DNA from: Parachlamydiales bacterium
GTDB lineage: Bacteria > Chlamydiota > Chlamydiia > Chlamydiales > Parachlamydiaceae
Length of the DNA: 46,806 nt
Assembly: GCA_020051075.1 (NCBI GenBank)
Contig: JAGVJP010000116.1
Location: 1 to 46,806 of the forward strand
Direction of reading: 5' to 3'
Below are positions 8,493 to 17,613 of this stretch, piece after piece (position 1 is the stretch's first letter; the number at the start of each line of letters is the position of its first letter). The notes under the pieces were generated by a model that saw only the letters and a list, made by a program, of their open reading frames with translations, was not told the DNA's origin and did no database searches. Position numbers and translations under genes: made by a program.

Positions 8493-11126
8493 TTACAGCA
8501 CCATTTTCTTTAGGATCATGGCTTTCACATGTTCAAGGGCATCGATAAGCTTTTGAGGGGCTTTGCCGCCTCCTTGAGCTGACTGCGGCTTGCCGCCACC
8601 GCTTCCTTCGACGATTTCTACGGCCTCTTTGATCAGTTCATGAGCTGAAAACCCTTCTTTAACCCAATCCTCACTCACTCTAGCCATCAGCTGGCATTTA
8701 TCTGGGAGAACCGTCCCCAATACAACAACGCCAGATTTGATTTGTGCAAGGGCGAGGTCGGCGCATGATTTCAGTTCATCGACAGAGAACTGGGCTTCGG
8801 CGACGATGAATTTTAGTTCTCCCACCACGGAGGTTTGACTCACAAGATTTTCAATTGTGGCTTCTAACTGGTGCTTACGAAGATTTTTGAGTTCATGAGA
8901 GGATTGTTTGTTTTCTTCTAACAGCTTGTTCAACTTTTCTTGGATGAGATGGATAGGAGATTTAAGCGTCTGAGCAGCTTCGGCAAGAGCGTCTTCATAC
9001 GAACGTGCGAAGAGTTCAGCTTCGAGACCTGTCACAGCTTCGATCCGGCGTATCCCAGCGGCAATGCTGCTTTCTTTGACGATTCTGAAGTAGCCGATAT
9101 TTCCAACGGCAGAGGTATGTGTCCCTCCACAAAGTTCTTTGGAGTAGTCGATGTCGATCACGCGCACTTTAGAGCCGTACTTCTCTCCAAAAAATTGTTT
9201 GATCTCCTGTTTTTTCTGCACCTCTTCAAAAGAGGTCTCATAGGAATGGACAGGCTGGTTAGAACGGATTTTTTCGTTGACGAGATCTTCGATGCTACGG
9301 ATTTCGTTTTGAGTGAGCGCCTTGTGATGGCTGAAGTCGAATCGCAGCCTTTCAGGGTCTACGACAGAGCCTGCTTGTTTAATGTGCTCACCTAAAATTT
9401 TATGCAACGCCCAGTGGAGCAGATGTGTGGCTGTATGGTTATTGGCAATTTTTTGTCTTCTGATTTCATCCACAGAGGCGACGACATCATCTCCGAGTCG
9501 GATGAGCCCGTTGTCGACGATGCCTTTATGCGCGATAATTCCCTTATAGGGGGCGACGCAATCTTTGACAGCAAAAACACTTCCTGTCCCTTGTATGGTG
9601 CCGGTGTCTCCGACTTGTCCTCCCATCTCTGCATAGAATGGGGTTTCAGATAGAATCACCAATCCTTCTTCACCCTTTTGCAATTGCTCAACAAATTCAC
9701 CATTTAGAATCAGACCAATGACCTTGCCCTCGGCACTTACAGCGGTATAGCCCAAAAATTTAGATTCCCCCCATTCTTTTGCGAAAGCAGCAAAAGTATT
9801 TTCGCCAGCGACTTGATGAACGCTTTTATGCACGCTGCGCGAACGTTCTTTAGCCTCTTGCTCCAGCTGTTGGTACCGTTTTTCATCGACCTGCAGGGCT
9901 GAATCTTTAGCAATCAGGAGGATTTCGTCGATAGGCAGTCCATACGTATCTTTCAATTTAAAGGCTTCGTCTCCGGAAATGAGGTTTTCAGCGCCTCGTG
10001 CTTTTTCAATGACTTGGTTGAGGATATTTCCTCCGCGCTTTAGGGTCCGTATAAAAGCCTCTTCTTCGACAGTGAGTATCTCAGCGATTCTCCCCTCTCC
10101 TTTAGTCAATTCCGGGTAATCACTCCCCATCGAAGCGACGAGCTGGGGAAGGATTTCAGCGAGGAAAGGGCGGTCCATCCCAAGCTGTCGTCCATATCTG
10201 ACTGCTCGGCGCAAAACTTTACGCAGGACGTATCCCCGATCGACGTTGCTGGGTTGAACGCCGTCGGCAATGGCAAACGCCAAACAGCGCAAGTGGTCGG
10301 CGATGACGCGGAATGCTGCAGAGCGGCTGTCATCTGGGTGGTAAGGGATGCCGCATAGGCTTTCAACTTTGTCGATCAATCCGCCGAGGACATCAGTTTC
10401 AAATACACTCTCCACACCCATCTTCAGGCTGAGAACCCGTTCGAGTCCAGCCCCTGTATCTATTGAAGGCTTTGGCAATGACTCCCGCTCACCAGAGGGG
10501 AGAGTATTATATTGCATGAAAACGAGGTTCCAGAATTCGAGGTATCGTTCTCCATCAACATCTTCAGCAAGTGTTTTAGCCTCTCCGAAGCGGGGACCTT
10601 TGTCGAAATAGAGCTCAGAGCATGGACCACACGGTCCTGTGTCGCCCATGGCCCAGAAATTATCTTTTTCACCCATTCGGGTGATTTTCTCAGCAGGAAC
10701 ATAGGAAGTCCAGATTTCGAATGCCTCATCATCATCTCTGAAGACCGAGGGCCAGAGGCGTTCAGGATCGAATTCAAAGATCTTTGTTGACACTTCCCAA
10801 GCGAACCGTATCGCCTGTTCTTTAAAATAATCTCCAAACGAGAAATTTCCGAGCATTTCAAAGAAGGTGAGATGCCGGCTGGTATGGCCGACATTTTCAA
10901 GGTCGTTGTGTTTGCCTCCGACTCGAATACATTTTTGACTTGATGCCGCACGGGAGTAGTCGCGCATGCTCTTGCCCAAGAACACATCTTTGAATTGGTT
11001 CATTCCTGCATTGATAAATAAGAGGGTAGGATCGTCGTGCGGACAGACTGGCGAGGAAGGGATGATGGCATGTCCTTCTGATTTAAAATATTCTAAAAAT
11101 CGACGACGAATTGTTTGAGTCAGCAT
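8493..11126 (-). CDS. alaS: Alanine--tRNA ligase
   Basis: [42 protein letters not shown], editing-domain motifs HTATHLL and ELCGGTH, and a C-terminal GGGKP DHHA1 region. Confidence 0.98.
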   Translation of the reverse strand: MLTQTIRRRFLEYFKSEGHAIIPSSPVCPHDDPTLLFINAGMNQFKDVFLGKSMRDYSRAASSQKCIRVGGKHNDLENVGHTSRHLTFFEMLGNFSFGDYFKEQAIRFAWEVSTKIFEFDPERLWPSVFRDDDEAFEIWTSYVPAEKITRMGEKDNFWAMGDTGPCGPCSELYFDKGPRFGEAKTLAEDVDGERYLEFWNLVFMQYNTLPSGERESLPKPSIDTGAGLERVLSLKMGVESVFETDVLGGLIDKVESLCGIPYHPDDSRSAAFRVIADHLRCLAFAIADGVQPSNVDRGYVLRKVLRRAVRYGRQLGMDRPFLAEILPQLVASMGSDYPELTKGEGRIAEILTVEEEAFIRTLKRGGNILNQVIEKARGAENLISGDEAFKLKDTYGLPIDEILLIAKDSALQVDEKRYQQLEQEAKERSRSVHKSVHQVAGENTFAAFAKEWGESKFLGYTAVSAEGKVIGLILNGEFVEQLQKGEEGLVILSETPFYAEMGGQVGDTGTIQGTGSVFAVKDCVAPYKGIIAHKGIVDNGLIRLGDDVVASVDEIRRQKIANNHTATHLLHWALHKILGEHIKQAGSVVDPERLRFDFSHHKALTQNEIRSIEDLVNEKIRSNQPVHSYETSFEEVQKKQEIKQFFGEKYGSKVRVIDIDYSKELCGGTHTSAVGNIGYFRIVKESSIAAGIRRIEAVTGLEAELFARSYEDALAEAAQTLKSPIHLIQEKLNKLLEENKQSSHELKNLRKHQLEATIENLVSQTSVVGELKFIVAEAQFSVDELKSCADLALAQIKSGVVVLGTVLPDKCQLMARVSEDWVKEGFSAHELIKEAVEIVEGSGGGKPQSAQGGGKAPQKLIDALEHVKAMILKKMVL

Positions 11127-11225
11127 AAAAATCCACTTTAAATTTGATAAAAAACAATATAATGGATCGTTGGTTAAATCTCAACCCACAAAAACATTGT
11201 ATCCAAACTCATATAAGTTAAAAAC

Positions 11226-11340
11226 ATGGACAATGGACTGATATGGACTATATGGACGAATATGGACTGAAATCAGATTGATTAGTCACAAAACAGGTCT
11301 ATTATAAGTCCATTTTTGTCCATATCTGTCCATTTAGACT
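11226..11340. repeat. ATGGAC/GTCCAT short-period inverted repeat (family B)
   Basis: ATGGAC occurs at 11226, 11233, 11243, 11252 and 11262, facing GTCCAT at 11308, 11318 and 11328. A further partial copy lies at 43875-43890. Confidence 0.8.
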
Positions 11341-11428
11341 TCTGCAATTACTTCCTGCATTTTCTTACAGAATATCTTTCCTTAACGAAATTGGTATATC
11401 CCATGAAATATTAAACTTTAAAAATTTA

Positions 11429-11457
11429 TTGCAAATTAAAGTTATATTAATTAAAAT
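11429..11457 (+). promoter_or_regulatory. Sigma70-type promoter of the effector cluster
   Basis: TTGCAA-17 nt-TAAAAT upstream of an AAGGAG RBS and ATG 11498. Confidence 0.5.
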
Positions 11458-11497
11458 CGTATTTGTTGTTAATTTTTCAAACTATAAGGAGAATAAA

Positions 11498-11839
11498 ATG
11501 AGTATTACATTAAGGAACGTTTCGAGTACAAACCCAACTCAATCAACACCAGTCCAACAGATCGGTTCTATGGACAAAAGACCTGTTGTTCAGATCGATG
11601 CTTCTGTTGCAAGACAAGGTTTTAAAGCTGGTGTAGGAACTGGGATGCTTGAAGGTGTTTGTGAATTGTGGACTGCATTGGCAGCGGGTTTAGGTTTGGG
11701 CATTGGAACGCTTTTCGCAACAGCTGCAGTAGGGTTAACAACGCGCGATCCGGTTAAGACACTTGCGACATTTGGAGCAGGTCTTCTTTTAACTGCAGCA
11801 GTTGTTATCGGAATAGGACAATCAAAGATGTGTTCTTAA
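11498..11839 (+). CDS. Small Inc-like membrane protein (113 aa)
   Basis: RBS AAGGAG at 11486. Ser/Thr/Pro-rich N-terminus (MSITLRNVSSTNPTQSTP) and a bilobed hydrophobic segment of about 50 aa, resembling chlamydial inclusion-membrane proteins. Confidence 0.55.
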   Translation: MSITLRNVSSTNPTQSTPVQQIGSMDKRPVVQIDASVARQGFKAGVGTGMLEGVCELWTALAAGLGLGIGTLFATAAVGLTTRDPVKTLATFGAGLLLTAAVVIGIGQSKMCS

Positions 11840-11852
11840 GCATAAGGAAAAT

Positions 11853-12761
11853 ATGTTCTTAAGCATTAGAACACATGTTCAAACACAATGCATAAGCTTA
11901 TTGGGCGGAGTTTGTGAACGGGTGTCAGCGTTAGTTGAATTGTTTCAAAGAACGGTTTCATCTCCACGACTCCCCCTTTCAACTTCCCTTGCTCATCTGA
12001 ATCTATCGATGGGAGGGGTAGAGAATGCGGGCAACACTTGCATCATCTCAGTCCTTTTGCAAGAATTTGCTGCGCTGCCAAATTTTTACGACATGTTTTT
12101 AAATGCACAGTTAGAACAAGATGTTGGAGAATCGGAATCTGATTTTCGCCATCGACAAGCGTTGCAGACCCATCTTTCTCAATGTGTGAATCAGTTGAGG
12201 ACAGGCATCACTGTCAATAAAAGAGACATCTGTCAATTGTCTAAATTATTGGTGCAATTGGGATGGCAGCGAGACACAACGTCGCATCTGCGCCGCATCC
12301 TTCACGAATGGGTTCCAGGACTTTTTCCTCTTCCAATATCAGATCCATATGTGCTTTATGAAAAAATATTATTGCTTTTTCCTGAAGTGTCAAGTGCGTC
12401 GCATGAAATTCGATTATTAACAAGGATCTCAACGGCTGCTCATCAGCAGTTGTTTGAACAGTCTCAGCATTCCTTGAGTCCTGATCATGCTCCTCATATC
12501 TTGTGGAGAGTCAATGAACAAAACTTTAATGGAGAGATCGCGCTCGAAGAAAATTTACAGATTGATGAACGGACCTATTCTCTCAAGATTGTGCATGTTG
12601 TTTTGCAGAGGCCAACAGGAAATCACGTTATCGTCTATCGCAAAGAAAACAATCACTGGATCTGTTGTGATGATGTTCGTGTCTATCGTGTCGATGCCCT
12701 ACCATCAACAAATATTTATGCTGTGATTTATGATAGTCGGATTACCCCAGCATCACTCTAA
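11853..12761 (+). CDS. USP (peptidase C19)-like deubiquitinase
   Basis: Cys box GVENAGNTCIISVLLQ (Cys codon 12039) and His box GNHVIVYRKENNHWICCDDVRV (His codon 12624). Confidence 0.8.
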   Translation: MFLSIRTHVQTQCISLLGGVCERVSALVELFQRTVSSPRLPLSTSLAHLNLSMGGVENAGNTCIISVLLQEFAALPNFYDMFLNAQLEQDVGESESDFRHRQALQTHLSQCVNQLRTGITVNKRDICQLSKLLVQLGWQRDTTSHLRRILHEWVPGLFPLPISDPYVLYEKILLLFPEVSSASHEIRLLTRISTAAHQQLFEQSQHSLSPDHAPHILWRVNEQNFNGEIALEENLQIDERTYSLKIVHVVLQRPTGNHVIVYRKENNHWICCDDVRVYRVDALPSTNIYAVIYDSRITPASL

Positions 12762-14259
12762 TTGGTGCCACCCACTTTTTTCCGCTTTAAGTGGACTAAG
12801 GGGTAGGATTTCAGCATTATGGCTGCGTGTGTGGTCTTTCTTCGCCTCTCATCACTCTCCCCGTCCGACATATTCCTATTCTTTTAGTCAACAGAGCAAT
12901 CCAGACTGCCATCTGCAGATGTGGACCAATTTCCAACGCCTTCAAGACTATCGCTCAAGAGACCCTTCAGGGGAAGGCAGAGCCAGCATGGACGAAGAGG
13001 ACTTCTTGCAGCACCGAGAGTGGTTAGGGAAAAGTTTCATTGATTATGCTAACTGGCTGCAGGCTAAAAATCAACCTGCCATCAGAGCCTATTTCGAAGA
13101 TGCGCTCCAAGAGGCGCCCCTCTACCCTCATTTTTATGATGCTCAAGGGAATAATTTTTTTAACGGCTCTTTAAATCCTTTGGAAAAAGGTGAAAGAGCG
13201 GTTTTGTCTCCCTTTTTTATGAAAGAGGCCTCTTTGGCACAGCTGTCTTCGCTCCTTCCGATCTATGAAGAAGAGGGACACTATTTCTGCTATGACCTCG
13301 ACACGAGACGCTATGAAGAGATTCCATTTGATGATCCCTCTCAAGGGATGTCCCAGCTTCAGCAGAGCATGTTGACTCCTGGACAACGACGCGCTCTTCC
13401 TCCAAATTTTACAGCACTTCAATTAGAAAGAAGGCCTGGAAGGCGAGGGTTCATTTCTGCTATAGATCCTTCGATAGCTGTCCAAGAGAGGTATGTTCCT
13501 CGAGAACTTGGAACTTATAAACTTCTCCTTTTAAATCTTGGTCTCGACAACAATAATGAGTTGATTCAACCGAATCAGCCTGATTCCGCTGTTGCGGGTG
13601 AATTGCAAACGACAATGACCGATATGGAGTCGCCATGGGCACCAGAGCACTGTCAGAAGGAGCATTTGATTGAGCATGCCTTGGCAGATATTTTCAAGGA
13701 GGATCCTGAGCTCTTTGAAACTGTGAAGCAGCGCGTTGATTTCTATTTTAAAAATTGGTCTAGATATGAAAATGAGCTCAACACGCTGCGCGATCAAAAT
13801 GGCACATTAATCAGAGATAAAAACTGGGAGAGGTATCTTCCCGGCCCAGAACAGATGTTGGCCTATTCCTTGATGAAAAACATTCAATATCTTTGGGTGA
13901 ATGCCATTAGCTCCAACGCCTTTTGTCATCATCTAGGATTGCCTTCGGCAGCAAAATATATTCCATTGATGGTGGGTCCGGCTAGATACCGCCGAGCTGC
14001 CTATGCCGATCAACAGGGTCAGTCGTTCATCGATGTATGGAGAAAAGTCAGAGGGCGATTAGTTGAGAGATTTCCCGATAAGAAAGATTGGGTCAGTTTC
14101 TCAGGACATGGGATGGTTGTCAGCTTCGATCCCGACCTGATTCAAAAACAAAATGAACGAAACATTAATCATCGGCAGCTTGCCAATGACATCGGACTGG
14201 CAGGCATCGATTCCCTTCACGGCAAAGAAATGGACCTCTTCTATAGACGAACTCTATAG
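12730..14259 (+). CDS. Hypothetical protein (509 aa), candidate effector
   Basis: Long ORF overlapping the USP gene end, in the same cluster. No family recognised. Confidence 0.7.
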   Translation: MIVGLPQHHSNWCHPLFSALSGLRGRISALWLRVWSFFASHHSPRPTYSYSFSQQSNPDCHLQMWTNFQRLQDYRSRDPSGEGRASMDEEDFLQHREWLGKSFIDYANWLQAKNQPAIRAYFEDALQEAPLYPHFYDAQGNNFFNGSLNPLEKGERAVLSPFFMKEASLAQLSSLLPIYEEEGHYFCYDLDTRRYEEIPFDDPSQGMSQLQQSMLTPGQRRALPPNFTALQLERRPGRRGFISAIDPSIAVQERYVPRELGTYKLLLLNLGLDNNNELIQPNQPDSAVAGELQTTMTDMESPWAPEHCQKEHLIEHALADIFKEDPELFETVKQRVDFYFKNWSRYENELNTLRDQNGTLIRDKNWERYLPGPEQMLAYSLMKNIQYLWVNAISSNAFCHHLGLPSAAKYIPLMVGPARYRRAAYADQQGQSFIDVWRKVRGRLVERFPDKKDWVSFSGHGMVVSFDPDLIQKQNERNINHRQLANDIGLAGIDSLHGKEMDLFYRRTL

Positions 14260-14300
14260 GTTCAACAGGATCAGTGTCTTTGTGTTTCTACGTGAAAGAG

Positions 14301-14335
14301 TTAACGCAGAGACGGAGAGGCGGGGAGACGCAGAG
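14301..14335. repeat. CGCAGAGA short-period repeat (family C)
   Basis: ttaacgcagagacggagaggcggggagacgcagag lies between genes and is related to the cacagagacac units at 17341-17380. Confidence 0.5.
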
Positions 14336-14429
14336 ATGAAGCGGATTGAAATCGCTTTTGACAGAAAATTCCCTTATCTATACAAGCACTTTAATACCAC
14401 CAGTTCACTTTCTTGAGGAGCCTCTTACA

Positions 14430-17324
14430 ATGCAATCAACAGGATCACCACCAATCTCTGCAGAGCGACATGATGAATCGCATCCATCATTATTGTCATT
14501 TTCTTCGTTATCATCATCTTCTTCATCATCACCACCAAGATCATCGTCTTCATCATCATCGTCGTCATCTTCGTCATCATCATCTTCGTCATCATCACCA
14601 CCAAGATCATCATCATTTTCTTCGTCATCATCATCTTCTTCCTCGATTGAATTTTCCATTCCGAATGTTTCTGTATTGACACCGAATCGAGGAACGATCA
14701 ATTGGAGCCGTCTGTTAGTCACTGTAGACGAAATCCAGCGGTTTCTATTATCTCTTGACGAAAATGATATTGGAACAGGATTTGTATGCTATGACGAAGA
14801 TAATTTTGAACTCACTCCAAGCTCCAACTGGACGAGTAATCACACGATTCAATGGTTGATGAATATCGGAAATCGGAATGCATCGTTTGAAGCAGTCAAG
14901 GGGGCTTTTTTTGATTTAAATAAGAAAGTCGAAGGATTAAAACGTGTGATTGACGGATTTATGCCAAACAGTCCTGATGATTGTTCTGATGAAGTTCAGG
15001 AACTGTCTTTGAGACTCGTTGATCTTCAAATGATTGTTTCGGAAACCTCAACAGTTGGTTTAAAACAATTATATCAAAATTATCAGGATTCCTGGAACAA
15101 GGAAAAAACCCCTTTGACCTTGTATAATAAAGGGGTGAGTTCTTTTAAAATTATAGAAGAACTAGAGGGCAGCCTTATCGAGAAAATCGCTCATCATCGG
15201 CCAGAGTTTGAGCTGAACGTGAAGCTACGGCAAGAACATCCTAATGCTGACACACTAATCGGTCAACGGGATCAATATCGACAGACAATCAAAGCGACGG
15301 TTTGGTTACCTGAACAAGGGACTGTTATCTCTGATCTGTTGGTTCGACAGTCTATTAATGATGTCTTTGGACCCAAGCCAACATCGGAGGGGTTGAAGTT
15401 GGCCGCAAAATCACTCGGATTGCCTCGTTTGGCTGAGCCCATTCATCCTCACAGGGGGGAATATGCTTGGATTCCAGTTCGTCCTGAGATAGATGAGGAC
15501 GAGCAGATCATTTTAACAACTGGAGTATATGGAACGTGCGAGAGAACGCCTAAACGATCCGACACTGTCTGCAACTTGTATTATATTCATTATGACGACG
15601 TAAAACAGTTGGTACTAAGTTGCGGGGCGATTGATAATCCCAAAAAAGCACAGCAGGTCGCTGCACTCCTTGTAAGGGAATTAGACAAATGTGCGACAGC
15701 GCGAGTGGCGCTCCACCAGTTAAATTCCTTTTTCACTGAGAAGGATCTGATTCAAAATGTCCATTCTCTAGTCGACTTCCTTGAAGGGAAATTGGAAACA
15801 TCGATGCCTGGGAAAAACGTGAGGGTGTTACATTTTAACACAGCTTTCAATGCTGCGACCGCATTACCTTTTTTTAATGAAGATCTAAAGTCTGTTAATG
15901 AAATCAACATTGATAGTATGGGCCAATTGCTTCAATGTGTAAATGAAGATCTTCATCTCTTAGTCGCACAAGCTCAAACAACCCCTGATGATGGCGTAGA
16001 TTTCCTTAAAGATATAGTAGATGATCTGGATGGATTCTTCTTCGTTGATTCAGAGAATTTAGGAAATGATGAGATCGATCCTGAAATGCTCTTGAGTGTT
16101 CCTCAGCCCGTGGTGTTTGCTCTTTTATCCAATTTATCTGAGAAATGTCAATCAGTTCTTGAGTTAGTTGAAAAAATTCGCAACAGCAAGCAGTTGTTGA
16201 GGAGTGGTTTACAGGCCTTTCAACAGCCTCCTGGGATCAGCTCATCAAGCAGCGATAGCAGGGACCTAACTGAGAGCGTGACGTCTTCTAGTGAACCGGA
16301 GGGATCATCTTCACGGTCTATAACGGATTCTCAAAATCTACAACCGGATCTGTTGTCGCGCACACCTACGCCTGTGCGCGACATCTCTCACCAACTGAAA
16401 CAAAATCAGCTGGAACTGATACAAGAGTTAAAAAATGTTGCTGTCAAAATAATTCCAGAATTGATGGCTTTTTTTCAGAAATGCAGCGAAGGCTCTTCAC
16501 GCGCACCCATTGCCAAGAAGGCGATCCTCATTCTCAGCGTATTAAAAGAAATCTATCAGGTGCAGCTTAAGATTCCTGGCGGGGTTAAACATTCTCGTAG
16601 CAGCGAGATTGAGCTCTTTTTTCTTCTTTATCGTTTGTTGAACATCAATCCGATTATCAAATGCAAGAGTGGATTAGATCGTTCAGGGGATGTGAGAGCA
16701 ATATCAGATGCGCAAATTGAGATGGAAAGGATAATATTTGAGAGGATAATGCAAGCAAACCCTGGTTCAGATCCAGCTTGGGCAAAAGTGCAAGCCAGTG
16801 AACAGATTCTCAGAATGATTAAAGGATTTGATCAAAATCGTGGGACCCTTTTTGTTGAGATAATGAATGTAATTAAATCTCATCAGATTAAGCCTGCTAT
16901 AGATGAACGTACGTGGGAAAATGCGGTGCCGGCACAAATCAATATTAAAGAAAAACTCTTTGAAGCGCTTTCTCAAAAAGATCTTCCACCGGACGACCTT
17001 CAATTGTTGAAAGACACTGAGGACTATTTAGAGTTAGTGAACAAGCATCTGATCGTTGAAATATTACGGACGGAGGCCAGCACAGGTGCTTCAGGATTAA
17101 AATATCAACATAGCGTCAGTGCATTTCGGTATGATCCTCGTCAAGTTGCAGCCAATCCACATGTCCTTGAGCGGATGGCCTTTTTCATACAGACTGAGAG
17201 CGGAAAATATATTCAGATGTTAAATTTCAGCCCCCCATTAACCTCTTGGTCTAATCCAACGATGTCTTTTACCCCTCTAGGCATGTGGCTCATCGAGCGC
17301 TTAAGCCAGCTGCGCGGTTCTTAG
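14430..17324 (+). CDS. Large Ser-rich effector-like protein with a CX5R phosphoinositide-phosphatase motif
   Basis: RBS GAGGAG at 14415 precedes ATG 14430 (the ORF track starts at 14346). Poly-Ser N-terminus. IIKCKSGLDRSG (Cys codon 16662) matches the CKSGKDRT motif of SopB/IpgD/INPP4 phosphatases. Confidence 0.7.
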   Translation: MQSTGSPPISAERHDESHPSLLSFSSLSSSSSSSPPRSSSSSSSSSSSSSSSSSSSPPRSSSFSSSSSSSSSIEFSIPNVSVLTPNRGTINWSRLLVTVDEIQRFLLSLDENDIGTGFVCYDEDNFELTPSSNWTSNHTIQWLMNIGNRNASFEAVKGAFFDLNKKVEGLKRVIDGFMPNSPDDCSDEVQELSLRLVDLQMIVSETSTVGLKQLYQNYQDSWNKEKTPLTLYNKGVSSFKIIEELEGSLIEKIAHHRPEFELNVKLRQEHPNADTLIGQRDQYRQTIKATVWLPEQGTVISDLLVRQSINDVFGPKPTSEGLKLAAKSLGLPRLAEPIHPHRGEYAWIPVRPEIDEDEQIILTTGVYGTCERTPKRSDTVCNLYYIHYDDVKQLVLSCGAIDNPKKAQQVAALLVRELDKCATARVALHQLNSFFTEKDLIQNVHSLVDFLEGKLETSMPGKNVRVLHFNTAFNAATALPFFNEDLKSVNEINIDSMGQLLQCVNEDLHLLVAQAQTTPDDGVDFLKDIVDDLDGFFFVDSENLGNDEIDPEMLLSVPQPVVFALLSNLSEKCQSVLELVEKIRNSKQLLRSGLQAFQQPPGISSSSSDSRDLTESVTSSSEPEGSSSRSITDSQNLQPDLLSRTPTPVRDISHQLKQNQLELIQELKNVAVKIIPELMAFFQKCSEGSSRAPIAKKAILILSVLKEIYQVQLKIPGGVKHSRSSEIELFFLLYRLLNINPIIKCKSGLDRSGDVRAISDAQIEMERIIFERIMQANPGSDPAWAKVQASEQILRMIKGFDQNRGTLFVEIMNVIKSHQIKPAIDERTWENAVPAQINIKEKLFEALSQKDLPPDDLQLLKDTEDYLELVNKHLIVEILRTEASTGASGLKYQHSVSAFRYDPRQVAANPHVLERMAFFIQTESGKYIQMLNFSPPLTSWSNPTMSFTPLGMWLIERLSQLRGS
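14497..14645 (+). repeat. Poly-serine coding microsatellite
   Basis: Tandem tca/tcg/tct codons with a duplicated ccaccaagatcatc (PPRSS) unit. Confidence 0.9.
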
Positions 17325-17340
17325 AATCGTTGTTGCATAA

Positions 17341-17380
17341 ATCACCACAGAGACACTGATCTCAGTGTCTCAGTGGTGAA
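17341..17380 (+). terminator. Palindromic family-C repeat, possible terminator
   Basis: Hairpin tcaccacagagacactga-tc-tcagtgtctcagtggtga right after the stop at 17324. A similar copy follows the LOG gene at 40468-40501. No clear U-tract. Confidence 0.5.
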
Positions 17381-17613
17381 TGAAACAACAAAGCGGTTGT
17401 TAAGGTAAAAGATATTTCCTGCACGATTCATTTTTTGAGTTCTCAGAAGATACTGTGAGGTTGAATTATTCAATTTCAATCTCACATATTATTTAAAGAG
17501 TATTTTTCAGAAGGATGTCATGTTATTCACTATGTTAGAGTCTTTTTTTGTTGTAAAAAAATGACTTATAGTTTTGAATCGCAAAAATTGACACTTTTTA
17601 AAATGGTGATGAC

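Noticed and set aside
4895..10987. Numerous short ORFs antisense to or overlapping mfd and alaS
   Set aside because: They are fully nested in conserved housekeeping genes and have no recognisable motifs.
14405..14722. Alternative-frame poly-Asp, poly-His and poly-Met ORFs
   Set aside because: These are shadow translations of the poly-Ser microsatellite in the long + strand gene.
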